A DNA stretch of 64,000 nt from an uncultured Chloroflexia bacterium (lineage in GTDB: Bacteria > Chloroflexota > Dehalococcoidia > GIF9 > UBA5629): positions 29,265 through 93,264 of the forward strand of contig CAVSBU010000017.1 of NCBI GenBank assembly GCA_963726215.1, written 5' to 3'. The notes beneath the pieces were generated by a model. That model saw only the letters and a program-made list of their open reading frames with translations. It did no database searches and was not told the DNA's origin. The position numbers were made by a program, and so were the translations under genes. Shown in pieces: positions 19,803-30,904 of this stretch (the stretch's first letter is position 1; each line of letters starts with the position of its first letter).

Positions 19803-19882
19803 ACCACCTCGTCTCTGTTTTTTCCAGATTAAATTGCTTTCTATCCCAAATCGCAATCCTTTAGCTAAAAGGAATAAATAAT

Positions 19883-20251
19883 ATGACACGGCGCATAGAA
19901 AGGCTAAACAGCGTAATTCAGCAAGAAATCAGCCAGTTGCTTCGAGAGCAAGTTAACGACCCGAGACTTACTAGCCTTATTTCAATTACTAAGGTTTCGA
20001 CGTCTTCCGACTTAAGGCAAACCAAAGTCTTTATCAGCACTTTTGGAGACAACGTGGATAAAAAAGAGATACTACAGGGCTTCACTGCTGCTTCAGGATT
20101 TCTACGCCGCCAATTGGCCAATCGCCTGCAACTAAGGCACATGCCCGAACTTAGTTTTCACTTTGATGACTCTATAGAGCGTGCCGCTGAAGTCCTGAAG
20201 TTAATCGATGAGGTCGCTTCAAAAGACGCTGAAAACGAAGATGGGCATTGA
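19883..20251 (+). CDS. rbfA: ribosome-binding factor A
   Basis: 122 aa. RIERLNSVIQQEISQLLREQVNDPRL...ITKVSTSSDLRQTKVFIS is a typical RbfA sequence. Confidence 0.9.
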   Translation: MTRRIERLNSVIQQEISQLLREQVNDPRLTSLISITKVSTSSDLRQTKVFISTFGDNVDKKEILQGFTAASGFLRRQLANRLQLRHMPELSFHFDDSIERAAEVLKLIDEVASKDAENEDGH

Positions 20252-21138
20252 CGGCATCCTCAACGTCAACAAACCCGAAGGCAAGACCTCTTTTAATGTA
20301 GTTGCCTGGCTTAAGCGCCTCACTGGAGAGAAACGCGTCGGGCACGCCGGTACACTAGACCCAATAGCTACAGGTGTGCTGCCAATTTGCTTTGGTCAGG
20401 CGACCCGCATCACACAGTTTCTAACAAATAGCAGCAAAACGTACTTAGCACAGATTGAACTAGGTGTAACCACGGATACCTTCGACAGACAAGGGAAGAT
20501 AATTGAACGTAGAGACCCCGGCGGAATTAACGTGACCCACATAGAAGAGGCTCTTACCGCTTTTAGAGGGGTCATTGATCAAGTACCTCCAGTATTCAGT
20601 GCTCTGAAACAGGGAGGCCGTCGATGTTATGAACTCGCCCGTGCTGGTGTCCCGATAAAGCTGAAATCAAGGCGGGTCGAAATCACAAAACTAGAGCTTG
20701 TTAGCTACCAGTTACCGCTAATAGAAATCAATATAGACTGCAGCAAGGGTACCTATATACGCTCCCTGGCTAACGACCTTGGACAATACCTGGGCTGTGG
20801 CGCTCATCTCAAAAACCTGACACGGTTACGGTGTGGTCCATTTTCCATACAAGATGCTCTTTCTGTAGACCAAGTCGAAGATGCCATTCAGAAAGATGCC
20901 TGGAAAAAGCTTATCCATCCGGTGGACAGCCCGCTTTCGAACTGGAAAGCAATCATTGTTGGCAAAAAAAACGAACTAGACATTAGAAACGGCCGTCCAT
21001 TGCCCTTAGATGTAACCTACCTATTTTCAGAGGAATACTGCCGAGCTTACGACCTCGATGGTAATTTTCATAGCTGTGCTGCATTTTATTCCTGAAAAAC
21101 GGCTATGGCATCCAGAAAAGGTCTTCTCACTCTCGTAA
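20241..21138 (+). CDS. truB: tRNA pseudouridine(55) synthase TruB (frameshift near 21065)
   Basis: MGIDGILNVNKPEGKTSF, and GHAGTLDPIATGVLPI (catalytic Asp motif). The C-terminus continues in the next frame as VIFIAVLHFIPEKRLWHPEKVFSLS, with the stop at 21136-21138. Confidence 0.9.
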
Positions 21139-21222
21139 GTTATCCGCCAAAACACTACAAAGGTCTTGACAGTCCATACTATAATAGATATGATTTAGCT
21201 TTGGTGAAAGGAGGTGAAATAC

Positions 21223-21366
21223 ATGGCGCAGGCATATTGCTTCAAATGCCGGAAGAAGACAGAAATGAAGAACCCGCAGAGCGTTACTCTGAAGAACAAG
21301 AGGCCAGCGACACGCGGTACTTGCCCATCCTGTGGAACCAAGGTCTTTCGAATTGGCAAAGGCTAA
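21223..21366 (+). CDS. small zinc-ribbon protein (DUF5679-like)
   Basis: Below the ORF-track size cut-off. AAAGGAGGTG lies 6 nt before the ATG. MAQAYCFKCRKKTEMKNPQSVTLKNKRPATRGTCPSCGTKVFRIGKG has two CxxC pairs. Confidence 0.65.
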   Translation: MAQAYCFKCRKKTEMKNPQSVTLKNKRPATRGTCPSCGTKVFRIGKG

Positions 21367-21391
21367 TTCAACTACATGCTTTAATCAGAGC

Positions 21392-22058
21392 TTAAAGACG
21401 ATTTTTGACTTTCTCGATTAAAAGCAGGGGGTTGCGGTCGATAATTTGTCGGCGTTGCCGCTGGTTTATGTTTGCTTGACGAAGGATAGACTCAACTAAG
21501 CTCGGCATTAATAGGTCATTTTCGTCGTGGGCATCAGAACTAACCAGGAGTCTTGCTTTTGCTTTTTGGCTAACTGAAGCAACATGAGAATTGGTTGCAG
21601 AATGGCCTCTTCCGAGCCGTAAGTTCAATAAAGATATTATTTTGGGCTGCCAGAGAGGCTTCCTCAACCGTTAATAAGCCCGGATGGGCTAAGATATCAA
21701 CATAGGGAGATTGGACAGCGGCAAAGTTAGTACCTTTTTCTACCGGCTCTGCAGGTGTTTCGCCGTGAACTATCACTAACCAGGCTCCCATTTCTTTAGC
21801 TCTCTTGGCCATCTCAGAGATAGCCTGCGGCGGAACGTGGGTAAGCTCCACGCCCGGGATTGCCAGAATATCCCAATAAGCCCTTGCCAGAGCGCAATCG
21901 TCGCTTATTTCTTTGATTACTCTGCCAAGTGAACCGATGGCTACATGGTCGGTAATGGCAATAGCCGAATAGCCTTTAACAAAAGCACGACGTATTAACT
22001 CAATAGGTGATAAAACGCCATCGCTATGAAAAGTATGGGTGTGAAAATCATAAAGCAC
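21392..22058 (-). CDS. PHP-domain phosphoesterase (histidinol-phosphatase-like), frameshift near 21600
   Basis: MLYDFHTHTFHSDG (PHP motif I), ITDH and VIVHGE. The C-terminal fragment contains SSDAHD. Confidence 0.7.
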
Positions 22059-22122
22059 GCCTCAAAAATACCATAAATGTGTTGTCTTAGACAAGAGCGT
22101 CGGCTATAATCAACTAAATAAA

Positions 22123-23104
22123 ATGGTAAAGAGGATGTTAAAAGTACAGGAAATTCTAATTCCTTTGGATGGTTCTACGGAAGCTGAAAGTGTACTTCCT
22201 TATCTTAGAGATTTAGCTCCAAAATTTGGTTCTCGTGTGCACATTTTGGGTGTAGGCATCGGGAGAAAGACACGCCGTGTAAATCGCCTTCTTGAGGATT
22301 ACATAAACAGAACCGCAAATAGTGCTACACAGTGATAATATAAAAGCTGAACCGGTGATTCGTTACGGCGTCGCAGCGGATAAAATTCTTGATTTCACCG
22401 CCGAAAAAGAGATTGATTTGATTATCATGGCTACCCATGGCCGAAGTGGTATCACTCGCTGGTGGATGGGAAGTGTAGCTGAAAAGGTGATAAGCGAGGC
22501 TACAGCGCCGGTTCTGCTTGTCCGAAGCAAACGGCCTAGTAAGACCAGGGCTGCAGACAAACTAAATTTTCCTCATAAAATCCTTGCCCCTTTAGACGGC
22601 TCAGACATCGGTGAAGCAGCTCTACCATATGCCGAAACAATAGCTACAAACTCGCGAGCTTCGGTCAGCCTGCTGCAGGTTATATCACCACCGGGAACAG
22701 TAGAGGCAAATTTGCTTGGCGGCCCGGACTGGAGAAAGTTTGTTAAGGCTATGCACGACGCTGGCGAAAATTATCTAAAAAGCGTAGCTGAAAGATTAAG
22801 CGGCAGGGGAATTAAAGTCACATACGAAGTAGTCACTGGTGACCCTGCTGACAAAATAGTAGAATATGCTGAGGATAAAAGGATTAACTTGATAGCCATG
22901 TCAACTCATGGTCGAACGGGCCTTGCTCGATGGGTACTAGGCAGCGTGGCCGACAAGGTATTACACGGGGCCAGGATACCCATCTTATTAGTCAGATCAC
23001 CCAAGATGGTTATCCGTCAAACCACGAGGCTAAAATCAGAGAGTTCCATCAGCCTGAGTAGCCGAGTAGAAATGGAAGAGAGGAAACAGTTATGGGAAAA
23101 ATAA
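22123..23104 (+). CDS. tandem universal stress protein (two UspA domains), frameshift near 22325
   Basis: [38 protein letters not shown] and [38 protein letters not shown] are two complete USP ATP-binding C-terminal motifs. Confidence 0.8.
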
Positions 23105-24231
23105 ATGTAGCTATAATAGGTGTCGGCAATTGTGCTTCCTCGCTTGTTCAGGGCGTCCATTATTACAGAAAAGCAAAAGAAGGTGAGTCCGTGCCCGGGC
23201 TAATGCATATAAATCTTGGCGGCTACCATATAAGCAATATCAACTTCGTAGCTGCCTTTGACATAGATAAAAACAAAGTGGGTAAAGACCTGGCCGAAGC
23301 TATTTTTACTCAACCCAATAATACTTTCAAGTTTTGTGACGTACCTAGCACCGGGGTCAAAGTAACGCGAGGCATGACCCATGATGGGCTGGGTAAATAT
23401 TTATCACAAATAATAACTAAGTCATCCGGTGCTACAGCTAACATTGTCGGCATACTTAAGGAAACAAAAACAGATGTAGTAGTGAATTTTCTGCCGGTGG
23501 GAAGTGAAGAGGCAACCAAGTGGTACATAGAACAGGTGTTGGCTGCTGGCTGCGGCTTTATCAACTGCATACCAGTCTTTATCGCTCGGGAACCGTATTG
23601 GTATAAGCGCTTCGCCGATGCAGGATTACCGATTATCGGTGATGATATAAAATCTCAGGTGGGGGCTACAATCACCCATCGCGTATTGACCAGGCTCTTT
23701 CGCGACCGTGGAGTCAAGCTAGAAAGGACTTACCAGCTTAACTTCGGCGGTAATACTGATTTCTATAATATGCTGGAACGGGAGCGCCTGGAGTCGAAGA
23801 AAATTTCCAAAACCAATGCTGTCACCTCTCAGTTAGATTATGAAATCGATAAGGAAAATATTTATGTCGGTCCCAGTGACTACGTGCCATGGCTGGCTGA
23901 TCGTAAATTCTGCTATATCAAAATGGAAGGACGCACTTTTGGCGATGTCCCTCTCAACTTGGAGCTTAAAATGGAGGTGTGGGATAGTCCTAACTCCGCT
24001 GGTGTAGTTATCGATGCCATAAGGTGCTGCAAGTTAGCTATGGATAGAGGCTTAACTGGAACCATAGTAGCTCCTAGCTCCTACTTCATGAAATCGCCGC
24101 CCATCCAATATTCAGATGACGAAGCCCATAGGCGTGTCGAGAACTTCATCACTGGCAAAGAACAAACAGACTCCGATTTGTCTCCCCGAGATAGCCAGCG
24201 ACAAAATAAAGGAAAGTTAGACAAAGTATAA
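23092..24231 (+). CDS. ino1: inositol-3-phosphate synthase (myo-inositol-1-phosphate synthase)
   Basis: 379 aa. [19 protein letters not shown], and [16 protein letters not shown]...[10 protein letters not shown] typical of the bacterial/archaeal MIPS family. Confidence 0.85.
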   Translation: MGKINVAIIGVGNCASSLVQGVHYYRKAKEGESVPGLMHINLGGYHISNINFVAAFDIDKNKVGKDLAEAIFTQPNNTFKFCDVPSTGVKVTRGMTHDGLGKYLSQIITKSSGATANIVGILKETKTDVVVNFLPVGSEEATKWYIEQVLAAGCGFINCIPVFIAREPYWYKRFADAGLPIIGDDIKSQVGATITHRVLTRLFRDRGVKLERTYQLNFGGNTDFYNMLERERLESKKISKTNAVTSQLDYEIDKENIYVGPSDYVPWLADRKFCYIKMEGRTFGDVPLNLELKMEVWDSPNSAGVVIDAIRCCKLAMDRGLTGTIVAPSSYFMKSPPIQYSDDEAHRRVENFITGKEQTDSDLSPRDSQRQNKGKLDKV

Positions 24232-24268
24232 AGGCTATCACATTCGGAGAGATAAGGCGATAACAGCA

Positions 24269-25387
24269 GTGAAAATCGGATTAGTCTCCCCATACGATTA
24301 TTCCTTCCCAGGCGGGGTCGTCAATCACATTGCTTATCTGGCTCATAATCTAATCCAATGGGGGCATAAGGTAAAAATTATAGCCCCATGCACAAAAGAA
24401 GGGACCCACTACTTCGAAGAAGAAGTTACACCGGTGGGAAGACCTTTGCCTATTCCATACGCTGGCGCCATAGCGCGGGTCCCCATATCACCCTGGTTGC
24501 CAGCCCAAATAGGTGAAATCTTGGCTCAAGAGAAATTCGATATTTTACATCTCCACGAACCTTTCGCACCTATGGTCTGTGTGAGTGCGCTGCTTAAGTC
24601 AGACTCAATAAATGTTGGCACTTTTCATGCCTTCCATACTAAGCCGAGAGTCTACTGGCTGGGAAAGCCTATTTTTCGGAGATGGCTTACCAGACTGCAC
24701 GGCAAAATCGCCGTTTCCAAACCAGCACTGGAACATGTGAGCCGCCACCTGCCAGGTGAATACTGCATTATCCCAAATGGCATAGATACCGAACACTTTT
24801 GCCTTGATGGCTCTGGGCGGGAAGAATTCACCGATGGGAAAATAAACATCCTGTTCGTCGGTCGGCTGGAAAGGCGAAAGGGCTTAGCCTACTTACTTAA
24901 TGCATGCGCTAATATTAAGCGCAGTTTCCCAAACTTCCGTCTCATTGTAGTTGGGCCGGGCACTGTATTACGTCTCAGATACGAGAAATTAGTGGAGGAT
25001 ATGAGTCTGACTAACAATGTGGTTTTTACCGGGTTTGTTTCTAGTGCCGAGCTGCCTTCATATTATCGCAGTGCTGATATTTTCTGTGCCCCGGCTACTG
25101 GCGGCGAGAGCTTCGGTATAGTCTTGCTTGAAGCTATGGCATGTGGAAAGCCGGTAGTTGCTACCAACATTCAAGGCTACGCCAGCGTGTTAGCTAATGG
25201 TGATGAAGGATTACTCGTGCCACCAAGAGACGAGGAATCCTTAGCTGACGCCTTGCTATCCCTCCTGCATAACAAATCTTTGCGTTTGCTGATGGGAAAT
25301 AAGGGCCTAGTTAAAGCTGAGAAATATAGCTGGCTGAACATTACCCGACAAGTTATGAATTACTATAACGTCTTGCTTGGCAGCTAG
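24269..25387 (+). CDS. GT4-family glycosyltransferase (PimA-like)
   Basis: GTG start. KIGLVSPYDYSFPGGVVNHI, and the C-terminal ESFGIVLLEAMACGKPVVAT (E-x7-E GT-B motif). It lies between the inositol-phosphate synthase and the CDP-alcohol transferase. Confidence 0.8.
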   Translation: MKIGLVSPYDYSFPGGVVNHIAYLAHNLIQWGHKVKIIAPCTKEGTHYFEEEVTPVGRPLPIPYAGAIARVPISPWLPAQIGEILAQEKFDILHLHEPFAPMVCVSALLKSDSINVGTFHAFHTKPRVYWLGKPIFRRWLTRLHGKIAVSKPALEHVSRHLPGEYCIIPNGIDTEHFCLDGSGREEFTDGKINILFVGRLERRKGLAYLLNACANIKRSFPNFRLIVVGPGTVLRLRYEKLVEDMSLTNNVVFTGFVSSAELPSYYRSADIFCAPATGGESFGIVLLEAMACGKPVVATNIQGYASVLANGDEGLLVPPRDEESLADALLSLLHNKSLRLLMGNKGLVKAEKYSWLNITRQVMNYYNVLLGS

Positions 25388-25406
25388 GTAGGCATAGGAA
25401 CATATT

Positions 25407-26009
25407 TTGATAAACTTGGCTGAGTTACGTAGAATCGCTGCTCGACGGATTGCCGAGCCGCTAAATGCCGCTCTGGTAAAATGTCGACTTAAACCTAACA
25501 CTTTGACCTGGTTTGCCCTGGCAATAAGTTTAATCGCCGCTGGCACCATTGCCACGAATCACCTCCTCATCGGCGGCTTTCTAGTCCTTATCTCTGGATT
25601 GTTCGACATACTCGATGGGGCATTAGCTCGCTTAACTAACCAAGCAACTCGCTTCGGCGCTCTGTTAGACTCCACTTTCGATAGGATTTCGGACGCCGTA
25701 CTCCTTCTAGGACTTTTGATGTTATATATAAGGAGCGGAGGCACCACCGAAATAGTGCTTATTTTCTTGGCCTTGACTGTTTCATTGCTCACCAGCTATG
25801 TACGGGCTAGAGCCGAAGGGCTCGGCATAAACTGCCCTGTCGGGTTGTTTACCAGGACTGAGAGAGTTATAATACTGGCGCTCGGGTTGCTTTTTAGCCC
25901 AGTATACAAATTTAGCATTTTCATCGCTTTACTACTTTTGGTAGTGTTTGGCTTCGTTACCGTGGTGCAACGGCTTGTATACGTATGGCAGCAAACAAAA
26001 GCTCAATAA
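25407..26009 (+). CDS. CDP-alcohol phosphatidyltransferase (likely phosphatidylinositol-phosphate synthase type)
   Basis: DILDGALARLTNQATRFGALLDSTFDRISD matches D-x2-DG-x2-AR-x8-G-x3-D-x3-D. It is a multi-pass membrane protein. Confidence 0.85.
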   Translation: MINLAELRRIAARRIAEPLNAALVKCRLKPNTLTWFALAISLIAAGTIATNHLLIGGFLVLISGLFDILDGALARLTNQATRFGALLDSTFDRISDAVLLLGLLMLYIRSGGTTEIVLIFLALTVSLLTSYVRARAEGLGINCPVGLFTRTERVIILALGLLFSPVYKFSIFIALLLLVVFGFVTVVQRLVYVWQQTKAQ

Positions 26010-26028
26010 ATAGACAAACTAAAATGCC

Positions 26029-26217
26029 ATGAGTGAAAAGGTATTTGAACGGAGTCTGACGGCTCTCAGCATAGTGGCTCTGCTATGGATGTTGCTCGGA
26101 GGTATCTTTGGTATACTTAGCATTGCCTGGGTAATAATTATCGGCTTGGTGGTATGGATTGTGGGTGGCGGGGCTTTGCTCTACTTCTGGGGCAAAAACT
26201 ACATGTCGCGAGTGTAA
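26029..26217 (+). CDS. small two-helix membrane protein (hypothetical)
   Basis: 62 aa with two hydrophobic stretches (LSIVALLWMLLGGIFGILSIAWVIIIGLVVWIVGGGALLYFWG). Confidence 0.4.
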   Translation: MSEKVFERSLTALSIVALLWMLLGGIFGILSIAWVIIIGLVVWIVGGGALLYFWGKNYMSRV

Positions 26218-26282
26218 GGTCGAGGCTGTCTATTAGTACATAGAATTACCTTAAACTTTCACGCGGAGCAAACAAAAAGATA

Positions 26283-27566
26283 ATGTCAGTGGTAGCGATT
26301 ATTGGCGCCCAATGGGGAGACGAGGGTAAAGGGAAAATAGTCGACCTCCTGGCTGAGAAGGCAAAAGCAGTAGTGCGCTTTTCAGGAGGCGATAATGCCG
26401 GACATACTGTAATCAATCCTTATGGTGAGTTCAAACTTCATCTCGTTCCCTCAGGTATATTCCACCGGGGAGTAGTCTGCATAATAGGCAATGGCGTAGC
26501 AGTTAATCCGGTCATACTGCTGGAAGAAATTGATAACCTCCAGAAACACGGCGTTGATACCAGCCATCTATTCATCAGTGACCGGGCACATTTAATAATG
26601 CCATATCATACGCTCCTCGATGGGCTAGAAGAGGAACGACGAGGCAAGGGAGCTATAGGCACCACACGTAAGGGCATAGGTCCTGTTTTCGCTGACAAGA
26701 TAGCTCGCCTTGGAATCCGAACTTGCGACCTGCTTAATAAAAAGAACTTTCGGTCTCGGCTTAGCCTAATCCTCGAAACCAAGAATGCCATCTTGACCAA
26801 AATATACAACATCTCACCGTTATCTCTGGAAGAGATTTATGAACAATACTGCTCTTATGGAGAACGGCTAGCTCCATTCATTCGAGATACCGGTCCTGTA
26901 ATCCAGGACATAATATCCCGGAAACAGCCGATAATATTAGAAGGAGCTCAGGGCACTATGCTCGACCCTGACTTCGGCACCTATCCCTATGTCACCTCAT
27001 CTTCACCTATGGCTGCAGGCAGCTCCACAGGCTCCGGGATAAATGTCAGGCAAATTGACCAAATCATAGGCGTTTTCAAAGCTTACACCACAAGGGTCGG
27101 CGGTGGGCCGATGCCGACAGAGCTTAAGGATAAAATCGGTGAATTCATTAGAGAACGGGCTCACGAATACGGCGCTACTACAGGCAGACCACGCCGATGT
27201 GGCTGGTTCGATGCTGTAGCCGGGCGCTTTAGCACTCAAGTAAATGGTTTCACCGGCATAGCCCTAACCCGTCTCGATGTCCTGGACGCACTCGACTCAG
27301 TGAAAATATGCACGGGCTATAAATTGAAAGGAAATGCCATAAAGGACTTTCCCAGCGATATTGATATCCTGGACAAATGTCAACCAGTATATGAGGAATT
27401 ACCAGGTTGGCGGATACCAATAAGCGACATCCGTCACTACAAGCAACTACCTGCCCAAGCCCGCCAATACATCGCCAGGCTTGAGGAACTTCTCTCCTGC
27501 CCTGTCAGCATCATCTCCGTCGGCGCCAGTCGAGACCAGTCAATAATGGTCAAACAAATTATATAA
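26283..27566 (+). CDS. purA: adenylosuccinate synthase
   Basis: 427 aa. GAQWGDEGKGKIVD (P-loop), GGDNAGHT, and TTRKGIGPVFADK. Confidence 0.95.
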   Translation: MSVVAIIGAQWGDEGKGKIVDLLAEKAKAVVRFSGGDNAGHTVINPYGEFKLHLVPSGIFHRGVVCIIGNGVAVNPVILLEEIDNLQKHGVDTSHLFISDRAHLIMPYHTLLDGLEEERRGKGAIGTTRKGIGPVFADKIARLGIRTCDLLNKKNFRSRLSLILETKNAILTKIYNISPLSLEEIYEQYCSYGERLAPFIRDTGPVIQDIISRKQPIILEGAQGTMLDPDFGTYPYVTSSSPMAAGSSTGSGINVRQIDQIIGVFKAYTTRVGGGPMPTELKDKIGEFIRERAHEYGATTGRPRRCGWFDAVAGRFSTQVNGFTGIALTRLDVLDALDSVKICTGYKLKGNAIKDFPSDIDILDKCQPVYEELPGWRIPISDIRHYKQLPAQARQYIARLEELLSCPVSIISVGASRDQSIMVKQII

Positions 27567-27613
27567 GACTTGTAAAGTTTTCAGGCAAATCTTTGTAAAA
27601 AGGAGATAAGATT

Positions 27614-28098
27614 ATGCCTAAAATGCGTAAAACCTGGCGGCAGAAGCTAGAGGAAAGAACATCCTGAGCATGGGAAAGTAGTTGACGTTCCGCCCAAAAT
27701 GCAAAACAGATTCTTGGTCGGGAAAATGCTTATCCCCAAGCCGCTGGATATAAATGCCTTAATTCACAGAGTCCCGAAGGGAAAACTAGCTACTGTGATT
27801 CAGATTAGGGACAAATTAGCCAAAGACGCCCACGCCAATTGCTGTTGTCCTTTGACAACCGGGATTTTCCTTCGTATTGTTGCCGAAGTAGCCGAAGAAG
27901 ACTTAAGAAGCGGGAAAAAAGAGGTAACGCCCTACTGGCGTGTAGTCAAGGCAGACGGCAGCTTGAACGAAAAGTTTCCCGGCGGTGTGCAAGCTCAAGC
28001 TGCTCGCCTGGAAAGAAGAAGGGCATATTATCGAGTTAAAAATGGGCAGAAAGCCACCTCGAGTACTAAACTTCGAAAAATCCTTGCAGAAGCTGTAA
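27614..28098 (+). CDS. MGMT-family (methylated-DNA--protein-cysteine methyltransferase DNA-binding domain-like) protein, two frameshifts
   Basis: AAAAGGAGA RBS, MPKMRKTWRQKLEE.., then VPKGKLATVIQIRDKLA...CPLTTGIFLRIVAE...TPYWRVVKADGSLN. The C-terminus in another frame is EEGHIIELKMGRKPPRVLNFEKSLQKL. Confidence 0.5.
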
Positions 28099-28112
28099 CT
28101 ATAAGTCCAAAT

Positions 28113-29016
28113 TTAAGCTTTAGCAGCTATTGGCAAGTCAATCTTGTAGCTCTTTAAAGTCTGCTCAATGACAGCCTTGGATTTATCGTCAGGTTCAGTA
28201 AGCGGTAAGCGCGGCTTGCCTACAGAAAAGCCTACGTGATTCAAGGCATATTTAACTGGTATAGGATTGGCAACGACAAACATGGCATTAACAAAGGGAA
28301 GTAAATTTCGATGAGTCGCTGCCGCCTTGTCGATTTTACCCTGGATGTAATCATCTATCATCTGCTTAAACTGAAGCCCAACCAGATGTGAAATCACGCT
28401 GATAACACCGTAGCCACCCAGACATAGTATGGGAAATGTATCTCCATCATTACCACTGTAAACCAGAAAGCCTTCCCTGGCTCCCTGTATAATCTTAGCT
28501 ATCTGCTCAAGATTAGCACTAGCCTCTTTTACTCCAACGATATTATCAATCTGGCTAAGCTTGATGCAGGTTTCAGCAGCCAGGCTGGTAACAGTACGTG
28601 ACGGCACGTTGTAGAGGATACATGGCAGACTGGTTGCCCCAGCGATGGCCTTAAAATGCTCGTATAAACCATCCTGGGTAGGACGATTATAATAAGGCAC
28701 CACCATAAGACAGCCATCGACCCCAGTTTTTTCCGCCTCTTTGGTCAGCTCTATGCTCTCTGCTGTACTGTAATTACCGGTGCCAGCTATAACCGTGCCC
28801 CGATTACCAACGGCTGACTTTACTTCAGCAAAAAGGCGCAGCTTTTCCTCAAGAGTAAGAGTCGGGCATTCACCAGTAGTGCCCGAGACCAGCAAGCCCG
28901 TCACTGCCTGAATCGAGCAGAGCTTTAGCTAGTTTTTTAGCCTGTGCATAATCAACTTCACCTTTAGCATCAAATGGGGTAACCATGGCTGTTAGCAATC
29001 GACCAAACTTCTTCAT
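28113..29016 (-). CDS. dapA: 4-hydroxy-tetrahydrodipicolinate synthase (frameshift near 28905)
   Basis: [23 protein letters not shown] joins [19 protein letters not shown]. Also YNRPTQ and GVKEAS (active-site Lys). Confidence 0.9.
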
Positions 29017-29037
29017 CACCAGCCTCCTTATAGAGGA

Positions 29038-30064
29038 TTATTTACCGCTCTTAACCCAGTCCCGGCGTGCTGCTTCCTCGGCAATCTGGATGGCATTGAG
29101 GGCAGCGCCTTTACGCAAATTATCACTTACCACCCACATCACCAAACCCCTCTGATGAGAGGCATCAGAGCGGATACGCCCCACATAAACATCATCTGAG
29201 CCGGCAGCCAGCCAGGGCATGGGATAAAGGCTAACACTAGGGTCATCGAGCACCTTCACGCCCGGAGCCTTAGCCAATATTTGTCTCGCCTCCTCAGGGC
29301 TCATAGGGTCAGTAAATTCAATGTTCACCGCTTCACTATGTGCAATGAAAACAGGCACTCTGACACAAGTTGCAGAGATAGCCATATCAGGAGCATGCAT
29401 TATCTTGCGAGTCTCATCGACCATCTTCCATTCTTCCTTGGTATAGCCATTATCGAGGAAAACATCTATCTCCGGTAGTAAATTAAATCCAATTTGGTGA
29501 GGATAGACATGAGGAACCACGTTCTGCCCTTCCAATACTAACTTAGCCTGAGTAGTCAATTCCTCCATGGCAGCTGCACCAGTACCGGAAACCGATTGAT
29601 AAGTAGAAACAACAATCCGCTTGATAGGGTTTACCTTATGCAGTGGATATAGGGCCACCACCATTTGAATGGTGGAGCAATTCGGATTAGCAATAATCCC
29701 CTCGTGCCACTTTATGTCTTCAGGATTTATTTCAGGGACAACCAGAGGCACCTTAGGTTCCATCCTGAAAGCTGCGCTATTATCAACGACAAGTGCTCCA
29801 GACTTAGCAGCGATAGGCGAAAAATAGCGGCTAATCTCAGACCCAGCCGAAAAAAGGGCAATATCAATATTCTGAAAAGACTCGGGGGCGGTCTCCTTAA
29901 CTTCAATCTCTTGATGGCCTACATAGAGCCTCTTGCCTGCCGACCGGTCGGAGGCATAGAGATTGACGGATGCCATCGGAAAATTTCGCTGCTGCAGTAC
30001 CTTGATGAACTCTTGTCCCACCATCCCGGTGGCGCCGACAATAGCCACATTATATGACTTTCAT
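29038..30064 (-). CDS. asd: aspartate-semialdehyde dehydrogenase (probable 1-nt insertion right after the ATG)
   Basis: AIVGATGMVGQEF, NPNCSTIQMV (active-site Cys), and SGTGAAA. ATG at 30064 follows AAGGGGGAG. Removing one base in AAAG would give [13 protein letters not shown]. Confidence 0.9.
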
Positions 30065-30871
30065 TGCTCCCCCTTAAATTCAACAGAGTATCCAGTCCGT
30101 AAACCAATCCTTGTCGCTTCACCACTTCTTTTATAGCCAGGATAATGCCCGGCATATAACACTCCCGGCTTATAGTGTCATGCCGTAGAGCTCAGTGTCT
30201 GCCCCGGCGCGCCAAAGATAACTTCCTGGCTGGCCATAAGTCCTAGTAATCTTACGCTATGGATAGCCACACCGTCAACCTGCCCACCTCTAGTGCCGCT
30301 GAGAGTTTCCTTTTTTGTTGCAGGATAGACAAAAGGTTTGCCCTCGTGACTTCACCATATCTCTGGCGGTAGCCAGCGCTGTTCCCGACGGGGCATCAGC
30401 TTTTTCATGATGATGCAACTCAATGATCTCAGCATGGTCAAAGAACTTGGCTGCAATCTTGGCCAGATGTAGCAAAACTACCGCACCCAGAGCGAAATTG
30501 GGGGCTACTACGGCACCTACCTTATTAGCTTCAGCCAGCTGGTCAATTTCTTTGAGATTGTCATCTGAAAGCCCCGATGTGCCTATGACAACATTAATGC
30601 CCTGTTCAAGTGCAATACGAGCTGCCGCCATAGCGGCTTCAGCAATGGTGAAATCCAGCCAGTACCTTAGGATGGCAGATTTCAAGAAGCGAACTCAAAT
30701 CAGAAGAAAGAGGCACCTTCTTTGAACCATCGGGCAAAGTCAGCTGCCCTTGAGTCGCCTTAATGTCAACAGCTCCAACCAACTCCAGTTCGGGGTTCGA
30801 CATATCGCAGCCATCACCTCCCTTCCCATTTTGCCTAAGGCTCCATGTACCAATACTGTTATCGGTTCCAT
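30050..30871 (-). CDS. dapB: 4-hydroxy-tetrahydrodipicolinate reductase (multiply frameshifted)
   Basis: [55 protein letters not shown] (the E-x-HH-x-K-x-DAPSGTA signature), and [12 protein letters not shown]. Confidence 0.8.
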
Positions 30872-30904
30872 TTCCCACCCCTCAATTTTTAAGTAAAGTA
30901 AAGG

